DNA of 63,054 bases, filler included, from Octopus bimaculoides (taxonomy: Eukaryota): the NCBI RefSeq assembly GCF_001194135.2. It is 7 parts of 7 records of this genome, joined end to end, with 100 filler letters (N's around TTAATTAATTAA, not from the genome) between each part and the next. Parts side by side here need not be neighbours in the genome. Positions count along the whole stretch, not along the records: positions 6,574 to 15,629 come from NC_068982.1; positions 15,730 to 24,696 come from NC_068983.1; positions 24,797 to 43,674 come from NC_068992.1; 4 more parts are not named here. One strand, 5' to 3'. The notes below the pieces were generated by a model. It searched no databases. It was not told the DNA's origin and saw nothing but the letters and a program-made list of their open reading frames with translations. Below are positions 11,975-25,099 of this stretch, in pieces. Position 1 is the first letter of the stretch. Every line of letters starts with the position of its first letter. Both the position numbers and the translations under genes were made by a program.

Positions 11975-12269
11975 GATGATGATGATGGTGGTGGTGGTGG
12001 TGGTGGTGGTGATTGCTTTTATTTACCACCAGGACGAAGNNNNNNNNNNTTGCTTTTATTTACCACCAGGACGAAGGAGGAGGGGGGGCAATTCAAAGAC
12101 AGACATAAAGGGGGGGTGTACATATAATGAACTCCACCACACACATTTTATGTCTGTCCTTGTATTGTCCCCAGCATCCTTCGTCCTGGTTGCAAATAAA
12201 AGAAATAATAATAATAATAATAATCATCATCATCATCGTCATCATCATCATCATCATCATCATAGTGCT

Positions 12270-12600
12270 CAGAATACCGTGTTCCTTCGACTGTTCTCTT
12301 CCCCCATTTCTTCATGTTTCTGTCTTTATATGTTATGCTGGGCATTGATCTTTCCATTACCAGTTTTTCCCTTCCATCTCTGCTGTTAGGGTCTACGTTT
12401 TCAGGTTCGTAAACAACTTCTAGAGATATGCATTGGTTTGAGATTTTTCTTTTGAAGCAGTTTTCATTGAGTTGCCTGATTTCATAACACCATCCTTGTT
12501 GAAAGAAACCCAACTTAACATTTATTTTCTTCTCTTTGTCATTCTATTTTGCAATTATACTCTGACCTAGGTTTTCTATTTGTTCTCTTACATTCACCGA
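12270..12600 (-). mobile_element. RTE-clade LINE C-terminal fragment
   Basis: FKRKISNQCI, a frameshifted ETWTLTAEME, and MERSMPSITYKDR (cf. KRKIFNQCI...ETWTLT...MERSMLNITYKDR). Confidence 0.6.
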
Positions 12601-12779
12601 CCTCTACAACAACCACGTCTGGTGTCGCCTCAATATTTTCAGGAATTTTGTTCTGCTCCAGTGAAATTAGGTAAAGAGAAAATGTATGAGAACTTGGATG
12701 ATGAACTGAGCCTCCAATCTTAAGGCTTTGCCTCCAGCCTTGTCAAAAGCTGTAAAACACACACAGACACAGACAGACA

Positions 12780-12847
<68 letters not shown>

Positions 12848-13865
12848 TAAATACACACACACACCACGGTCACATTATTTACACAGTATTTATGCAGTAT
12901 TATAAATCTAGCCTCATAATAATCGATTCATGATACCGAACGCTTTCATGTTAAATAACCATCCAAGTGTGGAAAGGTATATTAGCAATCATCGGACATG
13001 ACTGAATGGAAGAGTATTTATTTTCTGGCTAACGAAAGCTTATTGGACAAGCACATACATACATACATACATACATACATACATACATACATACATACAT
13101 ACATGCACACACAGTGCACACATATAAGTGATAGAAAGAGTGCAATGAAATGGCCGCGGAAAGTGGTCTTTCTGTTTCTTTTTCTATAATAAAATTTTAG
13201 CTGGTGTAGAAAATTACCATTCACCTTAGATTCTATTTTATTCTTTTATACATTTGGTTGGAAAGAATGTTCTGCATCAAGACGGGAAATGAATAGATTA
13301 TTCTTTGATGTTAATTGATATTTTAATCAAAATAATATTTCCCTTCTCTATTGGTAACATAATCCCTTCTATCTGGCAAATTGTTGATTCCGCGGGCGTC
13401 AAAGACTTCAGGTTTTTGAAGCAAAGAAACACTCTATATTATTTTAAACTTCTTTACAGTTAATAATGTTGCAGTGATCTGAAAAGATGATAGTCAGTGG
13501 AGCAAAGAGAAAAAAGTTAAAACTTCCATATTTAGTTCCGCACTATTTTCCTGGGTAACTTGGGCATTAGGGGAACTTTCATTACACTGTAAAAACGAAT
13601 TTTGTCCGTGGGTAACAACTGTTATTTTCTATTTGCTTATCCCTAAGAAGTATGAAAAATGGCTAATATGTCCTTCAAACTTTGCTTTTGTTACATTTAT
13701 TCAAACCCCCAGAGTATCCCTCTCAATACATGAATATGATACTCTCCTGCTTATAATCAGAGATGCACATATTGTCAGCTACTAAGGGACATGCTCAAGT
13801 GGTTACGATCAAACAACTGATAAGCAAATCTGTGGTATTGAGCAGAATATTTGCTATAATAATAT

Positions 13866-14068
13866 TTCTGCTTCAGCAACTCAGCGCTGAATTTGCCTGA
13901 AATGTACTGGAAAAATAGGTCAGTTTCAAAACATTGATGTCCAGGTCACAAAAACAAAGTTCTAGAAAATTCTGCTTCAGCAACTCAAAGCTACATCTGT
14001 CTTAAATGTATTGGAAAATAGGTCAGGTTCAAAACATTGATGTTCAAGACATAAAAAGCAGAGTTTAA
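13866..14068. repeat. Imperfect tandem duplication, period about 104 bp (2 copies)
   Basis: ttctgcttcagcaactca...aaatgta.tggaaaataggtcag.ttcaaaacattgatgt starts at 13866 and at 13970. Confidence 0.85.
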
Positions 14069-14199
14069 AGGGAAAAAATAGTCATTTCCTTTGATTCCTA
14101 GATAGAAGTAAATAGGAAATAACACTTGTGACCAAAGAGAAAAATAGATAAAAATAAATGAAATAAAGTAAAAATTTTATCACAGAGTATTATCGTGTG

Positions 14200-14940
14200 C
14201 GAACAACACTTATTTACAATTGACTAATGATGGACACGTTTTCTTCTACAAAATTTTGTGTAATTGCATCCAATTGCCGACAATATTCATCTGCATTTAC
14301 TGTTTCATTTTTGTTTAACACTTCATGATGTGCGTCACCCTTCATATCCCACCAAGCATAGAACATGACATTTTTTCTTGTTCATTGAGTGCTAATCAGT
14401 GTCGTTTTCCATTGATACGATTAGAGAATCCCCTTCTCATCACTTGCAATGATTCTCCTCAGGAAAGTTTCGGTGACATATTTCCTCTTCGGTGGCAACC
14501 AAGAAGGCTACTTTTTGATTAAGCAGAGAAGCAATCAGATGACGAAGGGCCCACTGACCAAATTTTGACACTTTTTCCTAATTCGTGAATGTGTTTTGTG
14601 ATCGAAGCGTGACTTTAGCTGGAAAGTTTCGCTAATACTCGTGCCAGCATGCTTCGGATTATCTTCAAATGTGATTTTCAGAAGGTCAATGTTAACAGAG
14701 TTTGGTCGTTCAGATTGAGAGGAATATATACAAGATGTATATATACAAGAGGAATATATACAAGATGTATATATACAAGAGGAATATATACAAGACATCC
14801 AGAGCGAAAATGACCAAACCATCGTTGGCGTGTCCGGAGGCTTAAAACTTCATTTTCATAGACAGAACGAATACTTTTTGCTTCTTCTGTTGTTGAAGAA
14901 ACCCTTTTGAATTCTTACAGCATGCAACGTCTGATATAGG
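14200..14940 (-). pseudogene. Decayed mariner transposase
   Basis: LHAVRIQKG (cf. LLYEFQKG), SERPNSVNIDLLKITFEDNP (HTH), FLRRIIASDEK, KNVMFYAWWDMKG and ETVNADEYCRQLDAI in collinear order, with stops and frameshifts. Confidence 0.75.
14719..14793. repeat. 15-bp x5 (30-bp higher-order) tandem expansion inside the mariner fossil
   Basis: Alternating gaggaatatatacaa / gatgtatatatacaa. Confidence 0.9.
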
Positions 14941-15074
14941 TTTGAACTAAGCTCCTTTAAAAAGGATAAAANNNNNNNNNNNNNNNNNNNNNNNNNNNNN
15001 NNNNNNNNNNNNNNNNNNNNNNNNNNNNNNNNNNNNNNNNNNNNNNNNNNNNNNNNNNNNNNNNNNNNNNNGTG

Positions 15075-15110
<36 letters not shown>

Positions 15111-15760
15111 GTAATGGTAGTGGTGGTGAACATGGTGTTTGGTGGTTGTTGTAGTAGTAGTAGAATTGGTAGTGGTGGTGGTGGTGTTGGTGGTAGTAGT
15201 AGTAGTAGTAGTAGAATTGGTAGTGGTGGTGGTGGTGTTGGTGCTGGTAGTAGTAGTAGTAGTAATAGTAAGAATGAGGTGAAAGTAAGAATAACAATGA
15301 AAAAGAATGGTGTGTGAAAGAAAACATGAACCAGGTGTGGAAGAAGGTGAATGAAGGAAAGATGAATGAAGATGGGTGTAATAGAAGGAAACTGAACGAA
15401 GCTGATGATGAAGGATGATGAATAAGAAAGTGAAAAAGTTAGGAAAGAACAGAAAGAGAGATAAGAGAAAGAAGGGGATGAGTAGAAGAAGAAGAAGAAC
15501 GAAAGATGGGGAAGAAAAGAGACGAATGAAAGTGACAAGGATGAAGAAGGGAGAAGAGAAAGAAAGTGGGATAGAAAGGAAAATATATAACAAGATGAGC
15601 AGAAGAAGGAAAATCGAGGGAGGGAGGGANNNNNNNNNNNNNNNNNNNNNNNNNNNNNNNNNNNNNNNNNNNNTTAATTAATTAANNNNNNNNNNNNNNN
15701 NNNNNNNNNNNNNNNNNNNNNNNNNNNNNATTTATATATATATATATATTTATATATATT

Positions 15761-15795
<35 letters not shown>

Positions 15796-18574
15796 AAAAT
15801 GTGTATTGCTGCATTCCTTAGGTTTCAACCAGTGGGTTGCAGGTCACGCTGGAGCACTGGCATCAATGCTGGAACAACCTTCCTTATGTGATTGGCATTG
15901 GATGAATGAGGAAGTTTGATAATGCTGTTCTAATGCCTTCCTACATGTTTCTTGTTTGGTGTAAAGACACTCATCTGCAATCATCATCATCATCATCATT
16001 TAACGTCCATTTTCCATGCTGATTGAACGTTTTGACAGGAGTGGCTGCACCAGGCTCCAGCCGTCTGTTTTGGCATGGTTTCTATGGCTGGATGCTCTTC
16101 CTAAAGCCTACTACTTCAAAGAATGTATTGAGTACTTTTTATGTGGTACCATTACAAGTGCATTTTACATGGTGTCAACACAGGCTTAAATCTTACACAG
16201 TAAAATATCCAAGATGGTAGCTGATACTGGCACCACATAAAAAGCTCCTGCAATCTTACATAGTAAAATATCCAAGGGTTGTTCGAATGTGTTCACATCT
16301 ATTTTGATTTTCACAGTTGAAAACATTAAAGTGCTCAATATATGCTTGCAAGGAAATATGTCATAAGTAGACTGCTACCTCCTCCCCACATATACATATT
16401 TCTATTTTTATAAAAGGATTTCATAATGTTTTCTTGTATGTGTTTCCATGCATGTATTTGCAATTTAGACACTGCACCAACAAGGTTTCTGTGATGTCTA
16501 AGATGAATAAAACATTTCCAAAGTTCAACCACCTCATCATATCCAAAGAGACAGAATTTGTGCCAAACCTGATTAACAGATTTTTATCAAATCAAAGAGC
16601 AGTTTTGGGTTAGATAAGGTAATGGCTAAAGGATTAGACATCATTAAATCCAAGTTGTTGATAACTATATCCTCTACTCTGCAACTCAATTACACAATAA
16701 ATAGCATCAGGTAGAAAGAAAAAAAAATTGTGTTGATGATGGAGTCTCTACATGTAATTGCTCAACCTGCTAAAAAAAGAAATTGGCTGCTTTTTCTGGT
16801 AGATCAAGCAACCACATGGTGGCTCCATTGCTAACTCAATTAGCAGATGTTATATCTTTATCTTTTACTCGTTTCAGTCATTGGACTGCAGCCATGCTGG
16901 GGCACTGTCTTGAAAGGTTTCATCAAATTGGTTGACCCTAGTATTTATTTTTAAGTCTGGTATTTATTCTATTGGTTTCTTATGCCAAACTGCTAAGTTA
17001 CAGAGACATACACAAACTAACACCAGTTGAGAAGTGTGGTGGGACAAACAGCATAAACACAAACATTACACACACACACACAACTGGCTTCTTTCAGTTT
17101 CATAGTCAATGGCACAAGTGAATCCAAAGCAGACCTTAAGTGCTTAACAACACACAGCATTAGTAAGAGGTAGTTTGCATTTACATTATAAAGTGATATC
17201 CAACTGAAACAGAATTTTGTTTGGACAGTTTGACTTTGATGACTGTGAAATGTGTTCACTGGGTTAATAAAAGACTAACAAGATTTCAAGATTTATTAAT
17301 CCTTTAACTGCAAAATTAAATTTCATAGCTATTCCAGTAATGAAGTTCAATATCAAGCAGAGAAGAAAAGAAGGAAAAAAAAAAACAACAAAAAACAGAA
17401 TTGGTATTTTTTGAGACTCATGTTGCCTCAATAAACTAGACATATCTCAACAGAAAATAATTTCAAACATGACATTCCTCAACAAAAGATAGATTGGTAT
17501 ATAAAACTGCTATTTACTGGTAAGGGTAATAAAATTTTGAGTGGTTATATCTGGAAATCAAACAGTGAAAAGTGCAACCTTTCTCACCTTCCAATTGTTT
17601 TGTAGCTGAATAAAATAGCCCTTCAAAAGCCAGCCCTCAGTTTAGCTATAATTTACCAATTTCCTTTATTTGCTTTCATTGCAAGTAGTACCACCTGTAA
17701 GTACTGATAACTTGGGTAATCATCTGGGGTAGCGTATACTAAGATGTGCCATATCAAGTTCAGGTCGTTGATAAGCAAAATGGAAAATATGAAAACAACA
17801 ATTAAAATAAATAGTTTATTCTTATATTTAATAAAATGTAGTAAACATCTTTGCGTTTTGAGATACAGTTTCTATTCCTTGTAAAAAAAATTTTTTAATT
17901 TTATTTGAATAAGAAGGTTGAAATTCAGCTTGCCCAGGACTCTCATAACACAACAGCTCTGCATGAAATTTAAGATAGTTATTTTATCTGGGAATTAATA
18001 ATACCTTCAAAGAGTGACATTTATTGAACACTTTTTTTTTTTAGGAATGTACCAATTAATTGGCAGATAATCAGTAAGCAGTCACATCAGCCTTTTGTTG
18101 ATTAATCAGTATTGGCTTTTTGGCCTGTTTTGATAATCAACTGTTCTTGTTTTATTATTATTATTATTGAGAGACGTTATATTGGATTCAAAGTGTTAAA
18201 GTACATAAGAAACATAATATTTCCTAGGATACACAATCTCAGCCCACCTGTGCCATCTAACCCCTTCATGGTACTTGAAGGAACTGATTTATGCAACCAG
18301 AATTACTTGGGACTGCCATGGGGATATAATTCTCTGTAGATAAAAGGGTGTCAAAGTAGTAGAGCCACCCCCTACCCTCCTGAGACAACATGTATTTAAT
18401 TGATCTTTTGAAAAGGAATTAATTGAAAAATTATAAACATTTTGATTACATGTTTATTTAAAGGTATTCAAAAATATTTCATTAATAATGATCTCGGCTA
18501 TCTTAATCTTCTTAAAAAAATTAAATTAGTAATCAAATTTGAAAACTCTTCAATTATAATGCAAGAAGAACTTC

Positions 18575-20115
18575 AAAATGCTCTGTTTTCAAGGTACAGC
18601 TAATTTTTTTTGCAGGCTTAGTATATGTTACTTATTGTGCTGAATACTCATTCACTTTTGACAGAAGTCGAGGCAGTAAGATACATTAAAGTAAGCTTGC
18701 TCAAGTAAGAGTAAACTTGTTTTGAATTTCTCAACCACAAAATAGATTATCATGTTTTGGTGACAAGAGTAAATTTAAATATTATTCCATTTATTTATTG
18801 TTTCTTTCTTTGCCTAGTCATCATCATTCTTCTGTTCACTTGAAGCTAACTTAACAAATAAATTTAAACACATTAGAGACGTCCCTCCATGTTCTTGAAC
18901 AATCTTTGGAAATAAAAGAATCAACTAAACTCTCTTTACATTCTGAAGCATCAGTACTCTCCAAATTAACAGATGTCCATTCTTTTATTTATTTATTTAT
19001 TTATTCCTAATATCTGTTCTTTGAAATTTCATTTTGAATCTTCAATCTAGCAAAGAAGACAAACACAAAGACTTGTTTTCCAAATATATTGAAAATCTAT
19101 TCTCAATTGAAAACCTAAGTTATACTGTGACATGAGTTCCAGCAAAGGAAATGCTTGTCTTTGCCTTTAATAGAAATGATTTCATAATTTGAATTGGGAT
19201 AATTATTTAAGAAATGGCTTCTTGCTCACTTCCACAGTAATTTCATTGAATGGTTTAATAAGTTACACAATTTTTTTTTTCTGCAAGAGTCCACTGATAA
19301 GCACTTAATGTAGGGATGTTACTATCTATAGTACATGTAACAAGGGCTTTTCACTGTTCATTATTTCTTTCCAGCATGTAGTACATTGAATTCCAGTGTG
19401 TAGACACATCTTGAATTAATTTGTGTTTCTTTAAACCCAGCTGTTCCTGTAATTCTGTCAACTTGCTTGCAGCTACAGCAGAATAATTTAAGTGCTTAAC
19501 AATATTTGTACTAGTTGTGATAATAGTTTTTACAGCTTGCTGAGCAAATATAGGTTCACTCGAGGAAAGGTGAACTGTAATAAATGAAGCATGATAGTGA
19601 CTTTGCCACAATTCCAAACTCCACCAATTATACTTGCTTCAGGATTTTGCAATATCAAGAAAACATCATTTGCCAAATTAACTCTTCATTAATTTGTGCA
19701 CCTATGTGAATGTCTTCAAAAGGAGCAATTTGCAAAAGTTGTTTTTCTTTTTGAAATTGATCTGTCAACTAGTGACTTGTTATATTTAACCCGTTAGCAT
19801 TTAGACTGGCCATATCCAGCCTAAAATGTTCAACTTGTTTTATGTTCAAACTGACCAGATCAGGCCTCTTACATCTACCCAACAATGTCATTCAAATCAT
19901 AAACACAATCACATCATTGAAATCTCTAAGCTATGAGATAATTCATGATTAATTCAAAACAATATGAATGAATAAGTATTACAATTGACAGAGTAATCTG
20001 AAAGTTAAAGGGTTAAAGAAAGAAAAATAAAGAAAAACTAGTGACTTATACTAAAAAGTGGAGAATCATTTGTAGTAGCTGTCCAAATGTCAGTGATTAA
20101 AAAAATATGGATGGC
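18575..20115 (-). pseudogene. Decayed hAT (ZBED-like) transposase, interrupted by a 257-bp insertion
   Basis: ITDIWTATTND (first catalytic D), LLQIAPFEDIHIGAQI, LGLKKHKLIQDVSTHWNSMYYMLER, IPTLSAYQWTLAEK, LENRFS...LLD*RFK, and the C-terminal dimerisation motif YLTASTSVKSE*VFS. Confidence 0.85.
19790..20012. mobile_element. piggyBac-like MITE (TTAA|CCC ... GGG|TTAA)
   Basis: ttaa cccgttagcattt at the left end and aaagttaaaggg ttaa at the right end; imperfect short TIRs. Confidence 0.7.
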
Positions 20116-20154
20116 ATCAATAACAAATTTCTAAATTTTTGCTTGTACTTTTTG

Positions 20155-20216
<62 letters not shown>

Positions 20217-20684
20217 NNNNNNNNNNNNNNNNNNNNNNNNNNNNNNNNNNNNNNNNNNNNNNNNNNNNNNNNNNNNNNNNNNNNNNNNNNNNNNNNNNNN
20301 NNNNNNNNNNNNNNNNNNNNNNNNNNNNNNNNNNNNNNNNNNNNNNNNNNNNNNNNNNNNNNNNNNNNNNNNNNNNNNNNNNNNNNNNNNNNNNNNNNNN
20401 NNNNNNNNNNNNNNNNNNNNNNNNNNNNNNNNNNNNNNNNNNNNNNNNNNNNNNNNNNNNNNNNNNNNNNNNNNNNNNNNNNNNNNNNNNNNNNNNNNNN
20501 NNNNNNNNNNNNNNNNNNNNNNNNNNNNNNNNNNNNNNNNNNNNNNNNNNNNNNNNNNNNNNNNNNNNNNNNNNNNNNNNNNNNNNNNNNNNNNNNNNNN
20601 NNNNNNNNNNNNNNNNNNNNNNNNNNNNNNNNNNNNNNNNNNNNNNNNNNNNNNNNNNNNNNNNNNNNNNNNNNNNNNNNNNNN

Positions 20685-20748
<64 letters not shown>

Positions 20749-20944
20749 CCATTGTTACCAGATGGAGGAAGTTTTACATAAATTATGCCATGATAACATG
20801 AAGCAATGTATTACTATAAACAACATTTACTCCTGGTATTTCGTAATTCTTAAAATAATGTGTGGATCACAAGATCACTTGTTTTGTGTCAATGCACAGC
20901 CTCTTCTGTTTAACATAGGTTTAACAACCTATACCCTAGTCCTC

Positions 20945-21757
20945 TGAATGTTTCCCAACCTGGAGCCATGGCTAAGTTCATCAAGGCCACAGAAAAATTT
21001 TGGAATTGGGGAGGCATAGAGAGAACAGGTTCAATAAAGGGGGCCACTACTGTTTCTTCTCAAAATTTTTTCTTATTGTCTGTAATTCTTTAAAATTTAC
21101 AAAAACATACACACATACATTTCAATATATTATATTGTCATGACAAAAAAAAAAACAAAAAAAACGGATTCCTTTGGCAGTTCAATAATAATTTACCATT
21201 GATAATGCATTAAGTTGGGATTGTACTCAAAAAGTAATCATTTTTCAGAAGTTATAAATTTTCAGGGTGTCAAATAGAAGTTTTTTGTACGATTCTAAAT
21301 AGTTGTTTTATTTAAATCACAAAATATTTTTTTGTTTTTGTGAAATAAAATAATGGAGAATAAACGTGCAATTAATTAACACTGATATTTTTATGGAGTT
21401 TATTACATTAATGGTAGAAAACATTACACCTTTGAAAAAGAATTTTTTTAAACACTTATTTATCATTATAAATTTTTGTTTAAAAGTTGTTTACAAGTCA
21501 TCAATTTTTAAATAGTTGTTGAAATAAATTTCATGATAATGACACTAATTTAAAACAATATTTAAAGTTTCATTATTCGATAAATTTCGCAAATTTTATC
21601 TTCATTATAGGTTTTAAAGGTGACGTATTTTTACTAACAATCATTTATTACAAAACTGAAATACTGTTTTTTGATAATAATATCTAGGGAGCTACAGAAA
21701 AATTGAAGAACCCAAGAATTCTTAGTATAAGCCAAAAAGAAGTTGGAGACCACTACT
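20945..21757. mobile_element. Possible non-autonomous hAT/Charlie-like element
   Basis: Degenerate ends aatgtttcccaacct and aagttggagaccacta resemble CAGTGGTTCCCAACCT-type TIRs. No TSD found. Confidence 0.3.
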
Positions 21758-23319
21758 GTAAATCATTGTAGACAAAGAATATGATGACCTAAGATTTATT
21801 TTTATTCAGAATGATAGAAACTTTCATATTTAGATGTATATAATAAAAAAAAAAGAAAGGAAGACACCCTATTTATATTAGGCATCGTTGGAGGATATTC
21901 ATCCCCTGTCCATTTAGACAAGGAATCCAGGCTCCTAGGAACTTTCAATTCTGAGGAAATTATGAAATCACATTTTTTATACTCTCAAGTTTAAAAAAAA
22001 CACTTATATCATAGTTGTATAATCACTGCTTAATCCAATGATGTAATGAAAACATCTTACATAAAAGGTGAGCTAAATAGAGAAATATGAATATTTTTTG
22101 AGCTGATGTGAAGGTGTTGCATGGTGGATTGAAACATCATGTCTGCCACCCTTCAAAACATGCAATCAACTGCATCCTTACTAACCAGGCAATACTCTTG
22201 GGAATCCAGCTGAAGTGAATCCACTTTACCAATCAACTTATCATGAGTCATTATACCTTAACTCATGGGTAGAAGAGAATGAAGAGATTAAGTTTAGATA
22301 GCTAATAAGTAACATGCCTACAGACATACTAAATATTGCCTCCTATGCATGTTTGGTTAATTACAACATTTTCTTCTTCTTCTCCATTTCTGGCTTTATG
22401 CCAGTATAACACTCAGACTACACATGATTAAACAAGACAGAAACTTATGTGTAAGTACAGAATGTAGAGTGTGTTGTGTACAGAAGAATGCACCCTTGAA
22501 TGACACAGTTCAATAGTAATAAAAAGCAGAAACTATGGTTAAAAACTAGCCTAATTCTGTCATCATGTACTCTCAATTTGTAACCCATATCTTTTATTTT
22601 TTACTCATTGTTTCAGTCATTGGACTGCAGCCATGCTGAGCACTGCCTTGAAGAGTTTTAAACAAAAAAATTGACTCCAGTACTTATTTTTTTAAAGTTT
22701 AGTACTTATTCTAGCAGTCATCTTTGCCAAACTGCTAAGTTACAGTGACATAAACAAATCAACACCAGTTGTCAAGCAGTGGTGGACAAACACAAAGACA
22801 TGCACACATACACTATATATCATCATTTAATGTCCACTTTCTATGCTAGCATGGGTTAGATGGTTTGACCGGAACTGGTAAGCCAGGGAGCTGCACCAGG
22901 TTCCAACACACAAACACATACACCAGGCTTTCACATACATTCTGTCTACTGAATTCACTTGCAAGATATTGGTTGGTCTGGAGCTATAGGAGAAGACACT
23001 TGTCCAAGGCACTGCACAGTGGAACTGTCCCAAAGCATGCTTCTTAACCACATACCCACGCCTGCATGCATAGCCATGCCTATATGGCTATGGTTAATCA
23101 TGAAATATTATAATATATTACCTAAAATTAATCACAATACCCATTATAATATCACAATACATAATAAATACATTATAATAACCAGAGACTGATAAATTGC
23201 TAGCAACCTATAAAGCAAGACCAATTAATTAGTAAATGATAATCAGCCCTCTTTTTCTTTTTTTAATCTAACAGCTTAGTTAGCTTTTTGATATAACAGG
23301 ATGCATTAATATAGATAAC

Positions 23320-23632
23320 TGGCACTCCATTGATTAAAACTAGGGTTCCAGTTGATCCAATCAATGGAACAGCTTGCTTGTGAAATTAACGTGCAAGTGG
23401 CTGAGCACTCTACAGACACATATATCCTTAACATAGTCCTCAGGGAGATTCAGCGTGACACAGAATGTGATAAGGTTGGCCCTTTGAAATACAAATACTC
23501 ATTTTTGCCAGCTGAGTGGGCTGAAGCAACATGAAATAAAGTGTCTTGCTCAAGGACACAACACACCAGCGGGAACTGAACTCACCTTCTGATTGTGAGC
23601 CTAATACCCTAACCATTAAGCCACATGCCTTC
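23320..23632 (-). mobile_element. tRNA-derived SINE with CORE-like segment
   Basis: Shares gtgaaattaacgtgcaagtggctgagcactc...cagcgtgacacag with 62180-62567. The reverse strand has a tRNA-like head and tgtgtccttgagcaagacacttta...ctcagctggcaaaaatgagt. Confidence 0.8.
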
Positions 23633-23644
23633 ACTAATATAGAT

Positions 23645-23687
<43 letters not shown>

Positions 23688-24653
23688 GTGCATCCAGTAG
23701 TGGAGCCCTGGTTTGGAAGTTACAAGGTTTTGGAAGTTCCAAAGAGTGTAGAACCATCTCTTAGCTGCTATTGTTCCCAGGTCTACTCTGAACCAGAGTA
23801 GACCTTGATACTGGACAGATGAACATACGACAAATTGTCAACAGTCAGGATCAACCAGTGCAGTTAGGGAACTACTGCTATTATCTGTAGTCATGATATG
23901 TGCAGATAAGATAAATCAGCTAGTGAAAGACCAATGTGACCAAAACCCAAGCCAGATGATCATGCCACAGAGTTAAACTGGAATATCTGGCATGAAAGAG
24001 TTGCATTGCTCTGGAGAAGACACCTGACCAGATGATGAAGATGAAACCATAGCTGTTACTCAGATTCAAGTATGACTCGGTAGCATGTACCATGCTTTCA
24101 TTAATGATTTTAGGTGTTTACACAGTCATAATCAGACACAGACAACCTCTTAGCACACACACACCTTTGAACCATTGAAACATCCAGGATATGACAACTA
24201 GATAGAAAGGAGACACCAACATTCAAACTCGATGCAAAGACTTAGAACAAAAATGTTGCAATAAATGCATTTTATCCAAGATTCTTCAATACTGCAAATC
24301 AATCACCTTTATATATACCTCCTACCAAACTCCACTGAGAAGTTGGTCAACCCAAGGTTGCAAAAGAAAACACTTGAGGTGTTCTGCAGTAGATTTGAAC
24401 CAAGAAGTAAATATTTGAAAAGGAAACCTCTTTACAACATAGCAATGAATAAAATATATATATATATATATATATGACTGTGGCCATGCTGGAGCACTGC
24501 CTTTTAGCTGAGCAAATCGACTCCAGGACTTATTCTTTGTAAGCCTAGTACGTATTCTATCGGTCTCTTTTGCCAAACCGCTAAGTTACAGGGACGTAAA
24601 CACACCAGCATCAGTTGTCAAGCGATGTTGGGGGGACAAACACAGACACACAA

Positions 24654-24696
<43 letters not shown>

Positions 24697-24796
24697 NNNN
24701 NNNNNNNNNNNNNNNNNNNNNNNNNNNNNNNNNNNNNNNNTTAATTAATTAANNNNNNNNNNNNNNNNNNNNNNNNNNNNNNNNNNNNNNNNNNNN

Positions 24797-24845
<49 letters not shown>

Positions 24846-25099
24846 TACACACACATGTATATATAACTTGTTCCAGTCATTAGACTGCAGTCATGTTGGG
24901 GAACCACTTTGAAGACCTTTAAGTGAATAAATTGACCTTAGTACTTATTATTGTTTTAAATCTGCTGCTTATTCTATCAGCCCTTTGCCAAACCACTAAG
25001 TTAGGAGGACATAGATATACCAATACTTATCAAGTGATAGTGGAGGATTAACACAGATACAAAGACACACAGACATCTATATATATATATATATATACT

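Noticed and set aside
12013-12076. 27-bp direct repeat ttgcttttatttaccaccaggacgaag
   Set aside because: It flanks a 10-N gap, typical of an unmerged contig overlap.
16469-16612. Plus-strand exon candidate HCTNKVSVMSKMNKTFPKF...
   Set aside because: Stop before the good donor, no recognisable family, and no partner exons.
23779-23805. 12-bp perfect hairpin AGGTCTACTCTG-aac-CAGAGTAGACCT
   Set aside because: Isolated and short, with no terminator-like or precursor context.
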